From an uncultured Trueperaceae bacterium (lineage in GTDB: Bacteria > Deinococcota > Deinococci > Deinococcales > Trueperaceae), in contig CAWCXJ010000005.1 in assembly GCA_963799485.1 (NCBI GenBank), positions 1 to 64,000 on the forward strand: DNA of 64,000 nt, given 5' to 3'. The notes beneath the pieces are model-generated. The model worked only from the letters and a program-made list of their open reading frames with translations, was not told where the DNA came from and searched no databases. Position numbers and translations under genes: made by a program. Positions 60,108 to 64,000 of the stretch are shown here, piece after piece (the stretch's first letter is position 1; the number at the start of each line of letters is the position of its first letter).

Positions 60108-62012
60108 ATGCCGCACGACACCGACGATCCAGCTCACTTGAAAACACCCAGAGGCCGTTATCTTTACCTCCTCGCACTCGGCGCGCTAGGCGTCGTTTAC
60201 GGCGACATCGGGACGAGCCCGCTTTACGCCTTTCGCGAGTCGCTCGGTGAGAACTACGGGCTGTTGCCGACCCCCGGCAACGTTTTGGGTATCTTGTCGC
60301 TGATCTTCTGGGCGCTGATTATCGTTATCACCATCAAATACATCAGTTTCGTCACCCGCGCCGACAACCACGGTGAGGGGGGTATTCTGGCCCTGACCTC
60401 GCTGGTAACACCCCTTCAGGTCAAACGCGGCGGCGGTCGCTGGCTGCTGGTGATCCTCGGACTATTCGGCGCGTCCTTACTTTACGGTGACGGGATGATC
60501 ACCCCGGCGATCTCGGTCTTGAGCGCCGTTGAAGGGCTGAGCGTCGCGACGCCGCTCTTCGACCCGTATATCATCCCCATCACCATCGTAATTCTCGTAC
60601 TCCTCTTTTTGACCCAGCGCTTCGGTACGGGCAGCGTCGGTCGGGTGTTCGGTCCCGTGATGATCTTGTGGTTTTCGACGCTCGCGGTTTTGGGTCTCGT
60701 CCAGATCGTACAGCGGCCCGACGTGCTGGTCGCTGTCAGCCCGCTGTACGGCCTCCGCTTCTTTCTGCAAAACGGGGCGCTGGGTTTTTTCGTACTCGGT
60801 TCGGTTTTTCTGGTCGTGACCGGCGGCGAGGCGCTCTATACCGATATGGGTCACTTCGGCAAACGCCCTATCCGTTTGGCTTGGCTCGTACTGGTGCTGC
60901 CTGCGCTGCTACTTAACTACTTCGGTCAGGGAGCGCTGATCTTGGCCGACCCTGACGCCGCCCATAACCCTTTTTACCGGATGGTGCCTGAGTGGGGACT
61001 TTATCCGGTCGTGATTCTTGCAACGATGGCGACGGTGATCGCTTCGCAAGCACTTATTTCGGGGGCTTTTTCACTGACGATGCAGGCGGTGCAACTCGGC
61101 TATATTCCGCGCCTGGAAATCCAGCACACCTCCTCACGCGAGTTCGGTCAGGTCTATATCCCCGCCATCAACTGGGTGCTGATGATTGCGTGTATCGGCC
61201 TCGTCCTGGGGTTTCGCTCGTCGTCGAACTTGGCAGCGGCTTACGGTGTCGGCGTCTCAACCGATATGGTGATCACGACGATCCTCTTTTTCGTCGTCGC
61301 CCACGAACGGTGGCGTTGGAAGCTTCTGGGTGCCGGGCTACTCGCAGGACTTCTCCTTATCGTCGACCTGTCTTTTTTCGGTGCGAACATTCTCAAAGTG
61401 CCGCAAGGGGGCTGGTTCCCGCTCGTTATCGCCGTCATTGTCTTTACGCTCCTGACGACCTGGAAGCGTGGCCGCCTGATCCTCTCGGAGCGTCTCGACG
61501 AACGCGTCGAACCGTTAAGTCAATTTTTGGGCGAGATCACCGAACATCCGCCCAACCGTGTACCGGGTACGGCAATTTTTATGTTCCGCTCGCCGGTTCA
61601 TACGCCCTATTCGCTCGCCCAGAACCTCAAAACCAACAAGGTGCTGCACGAACGGGTGATTTTGCTTTCGGTCGAGACCGAAGAGAAGCCGCGCGTCAAA
61701 CGTTCGCAGCGCGTCACGTTGACACCTTTGGGGAACGAGTTTTATCAGGTGGTGATGCATTTCGGTTTTATGGAGCAGCCCAACGTCCCGCGGGTGCTTC
61801 GGAGCGTGTGGCCCAACGGGGCCGAGATCGCGCTTTCGGACGTGACGTATTTCGTCGGGCGAGAGACGGTCTTTGCCACCAAACGTCCGGGGATGGCGCT
61901 CTGGCGCGAGCAGCTTTTTGCGGTGATGTCGCGTAACGCGCTCTCCGCCTCGTCGTTTTATCACTTGCCCCCCGGGCAAGTCGTCGAGCTTGGCGCACAA
62001 GTCGAACTTTAA
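60108..62012 (+). CDS. kup: Kup potassium transporter
   Basis: GVVYGDIGTSPLY, ADNHGEGG, TPAISVLSAVEG, EALYTDMGHF, FGFME. Confidence 0.95.
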   Translation: MPHDTDDPAHLKTPRGRYLYLLALGALGVVYGDIGTSPLYAFRESLGENYGLLPTPGNVLGILSLIFWALIIVITIKYISFVTRADNHGEGGILALTSLVTPLQVKRGGGRWLLVILGLFGASLLYGDGMITPAISVLSAVEGLSVATPLFDPYIIPITIVILVLLFLTQRFGTGSVGRVFGPVMILWFSTLAVLGLVQIVQRPDVLVAVSPLYGLRFFLQNGALGFFVLGSVFLVVTGGEALYTDMGHFGKRPIRLAWLVLVLPALLLNYFGQGALILADPDAAHNPFYRMVPEWGLYPVVILATMATVIASQALISGAFSLTMQAVQLGYIPRLEIQHTSSREFGQVYIPAINWVLMIACIGLVLGFRSSSNLAAAYGVGVSTDMVITTILFFVVAHERWRWKLLGAGLLAGLLLIVDLSFFGANILKVPQGGWFPLVIAVIVFTLLTTWKRGRLILSERLDERVEPLSQFLGEITEHPPNRVPGTAIFMFRSPVHTPYSLAQNLKTNKVLHERVILLSVETEEKPRVKRSQRVTLTPLGNEFYQVVMHFGFMEQPNVPRVLRSVWPNGAEIALSDVTYFVGRETVFATKRPGMALWREQLFAVMSRNALSASSFYHLPPGQVVELGAQVEL

Positions 62013-62189
62013 GCGCGCAGCTGCTTAGCCACGCGCTTTGTTTCCTTGCCAGAGCGTCTTAAGCAGGGCGCTGCTGCACATCAGGTTGTGCAGTCACGCC
62101 GGTACCGCATCGACGCGCTTCGATGCGAAGATGCGACCTCTGGCTAAAGGCTCTTCCTCGGTTCGGTTCTAAACCGATCATGATTCGTA

Positions 62190-64000
62190 TCAGTTGATCA
62201 GCGCGCTTTTACGTTCGGTTTTGAGCAGGCTGTTTCGGTTGAGCGGCAAGAGTTCCCGAACCTCGCTTTCGGGCAGGGGACGGGCAAAAAAGTAGCCCTG
62301 CGCCAGGTGACAGCCAAGCTGTTTGAGCATGCGGGCAGTCTCTTCGTTTTCGACGCCTTCGGCGACTATCTCGAGGTCTAAAGTTTCAGCCACCGACGTG
62401 ATAGCCCGGACCAGCGCTACGGCGTAGTGCGGCGCAAGGCGGGGCTCTGCGAGGTCTTTGACGAACGAGCGGTCGATCTTGATGGTGTCGAGCGGCAAGT
62501 CTCTAAGGTAGCCCAAAGACGAGTAGCCGGTACCGAAATCGTCGATGGCGATGCGTACTCCTAGTTCCTGAAGCTGATGAAGGACGCCGACAACCTCCTC
62601 GGTGTTATGCAGCACGGTACGTTCGGTGATTTCAAGCTCGAGGTCGCTTCCCGATAAACCGTTGGCGCGCAAAATACCGGCAACCTCGGCAAAAAAACCA
62701 GCCTGCGCGAACTGCACCGGCGAGATATTGACGCTCATAACGACCGGCGCAAACCCGGCCCGTCGCCATGCGGCGAGCGTTTGACAGGCACTTGCCAGAA
62801 CCCAGCGCCCGAGCGCGACGATCTGCCCCGATTCTTCAGCCAGGGGGATAAAAACGTCCGGTGAAACCCCGCCCCTCAGCGGCTGGTGCCAGCGTAAAAG
62901 CGCCTCGACCCTGACGAGCTGCCCACTTTGCAGGCTGTAAAGTGGCTGGTATACGAGGTCGAATTCACTGCGCTCAAGCGCACCCTCCAACTCTTTCGCG
63001 AGGGCGCGCAGGCGTTCGGTATCGGCGTCTTTGGGGGAGAAGCGGCGGAGGCCGTCACGTCCGGCGGCCTTGGCGCGGTACATCGCGCTGTCGGCGTGCC
63101 GTAAAAGCGTTCTGGCGTCGTCGCCGTCTTGCGGGTAGAGACAAAAACCGACACTGGCGGTGAGATGTACGTTCTGCCCGGCAAGCTCGAAGGGTGGCTG
63201 AAAGGTGCCGCGCAGCTTTTGTGCGGTCTTCGAGCGCCGCTTGCTCAGCTTGCACCCCGTGCGCGAGCAAGACGAACTCGTCGCCGCTCACGCGCGCCAG
63301 GGTGTCTTGAGGCCTAACGGCGCGGCCTAAACGTTCGGCAACCCCGATCAGTAGTTCGTCGCCCGCAGCGTGTCCCTGGGTATCGTTGATCCGCTTGAAG
63401 CGGTCGAGGTCGATGAATATCACGGCGAACGGCTTTTTGGCGCGTAGTGCGCGTTTGAGGGCCGTCTCGAGGCTTAAACGGTTCGGTAAACCCGTCAGCG
63501 TGTCGGTGTGAGCCAGCTGCTCCATCGCTGCGCCGTGATCTTGTACCTGGGCAAAACGCGACTGAAAAAGGGCGAACGAACGCGTCAGCAAGATCATCAC
63601 GACGTTGGCGAGGTTAAACTGCGTGAGGGCGTAAAAGACTTTGAGTTCGACCGGCCCGGCAGGTTGTGTCAACACGTAAAGCGCGCTTAGAGCGGGCGTC
63701 AGCACTCCGAACAAAATGACGCCGAAACGTCCCCAGCGGACGCCGGGAATCCAAAAAGCGGCGATGTAAACGATAGGCGTCCAGAAAAAAGACTCGGTCA
63801 ATTCTCCCAGCAGGTCGCTGCTCGGGGGGGCCAAAAAGAGCACGAAGACGAACTTGGCGAGCAAAAAGATGCTGACACAGCTTATCAGCAGCGCCACCAG
63901 CGCGCTGAGGCGGTTGGGATAAAAGAGCAGCAAGAGCTCGAAGCCGGTGAGCGCTGCGATGCTCAAACTATACGCCACGAGGTCGAACAAGCTGGCCTGA
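62190..64000 (-). CDS. Membrane-bound GGDEF-EAL protein, frameshifted near 63230, 5' end probably beyond the window
   Basis: TM region, DTLTGLPNR, DLDRFK, SGDEF; shifted frame gives LTASVG...ADSAMYRAK, then EALLRW and DDFGTGYSSL. Confidence 0.85.

Noticed and set aside
60992..61936. 314-aa alternative-frame ORF inside kup
   Set aside because: Arg/Gly-rich off-frame composition; fully overlaps a conserved gene

Overview
A GC-rich (about 60%, by eye) chromosomal window, probably from a Deinococcota/Trueperaceae-like bacterium. This assignment is inferred from gene content and the many leaderless-type starts. Housekeeping and catabolic genes include an alpha-galactoside ABC/GH4 operon with a LacI operator, oligopeptidase A, purQ/purL/purF, aroE, ltaE, pabB-C, aroH, serS, gatC and kup. 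There is also a TPP-riboswitch thiamine-salvage operon. Two loci stand out. (1) A five-gene operon (19550-24823) resembling the bacterial ceramide pathway: Spt, a bCerS-type GNAT, a CPBP membrane protease, a CerR-type reductase and a GT28 glycosyltransferase. It has a long structured 5' leader and faces a sulfotransferase. (2) A complete larE-larB-larC nickel-pincer cofactor cassette with no larA in the window, directly downstream of an atypical aldo/keto reductase and flanked by 3-hydroxyproline pathway genes. Window-wide signals are strong over-representation of CCGTAAA/TTTACGG and CTCGAG, many 10-17 bp tandem duplications on gene ends, and many -10 boxes placed immediately before start codons. 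Three genes carry frameshifts, probably assembly errors. All calls come from motif recognition by eye; no database search was run.
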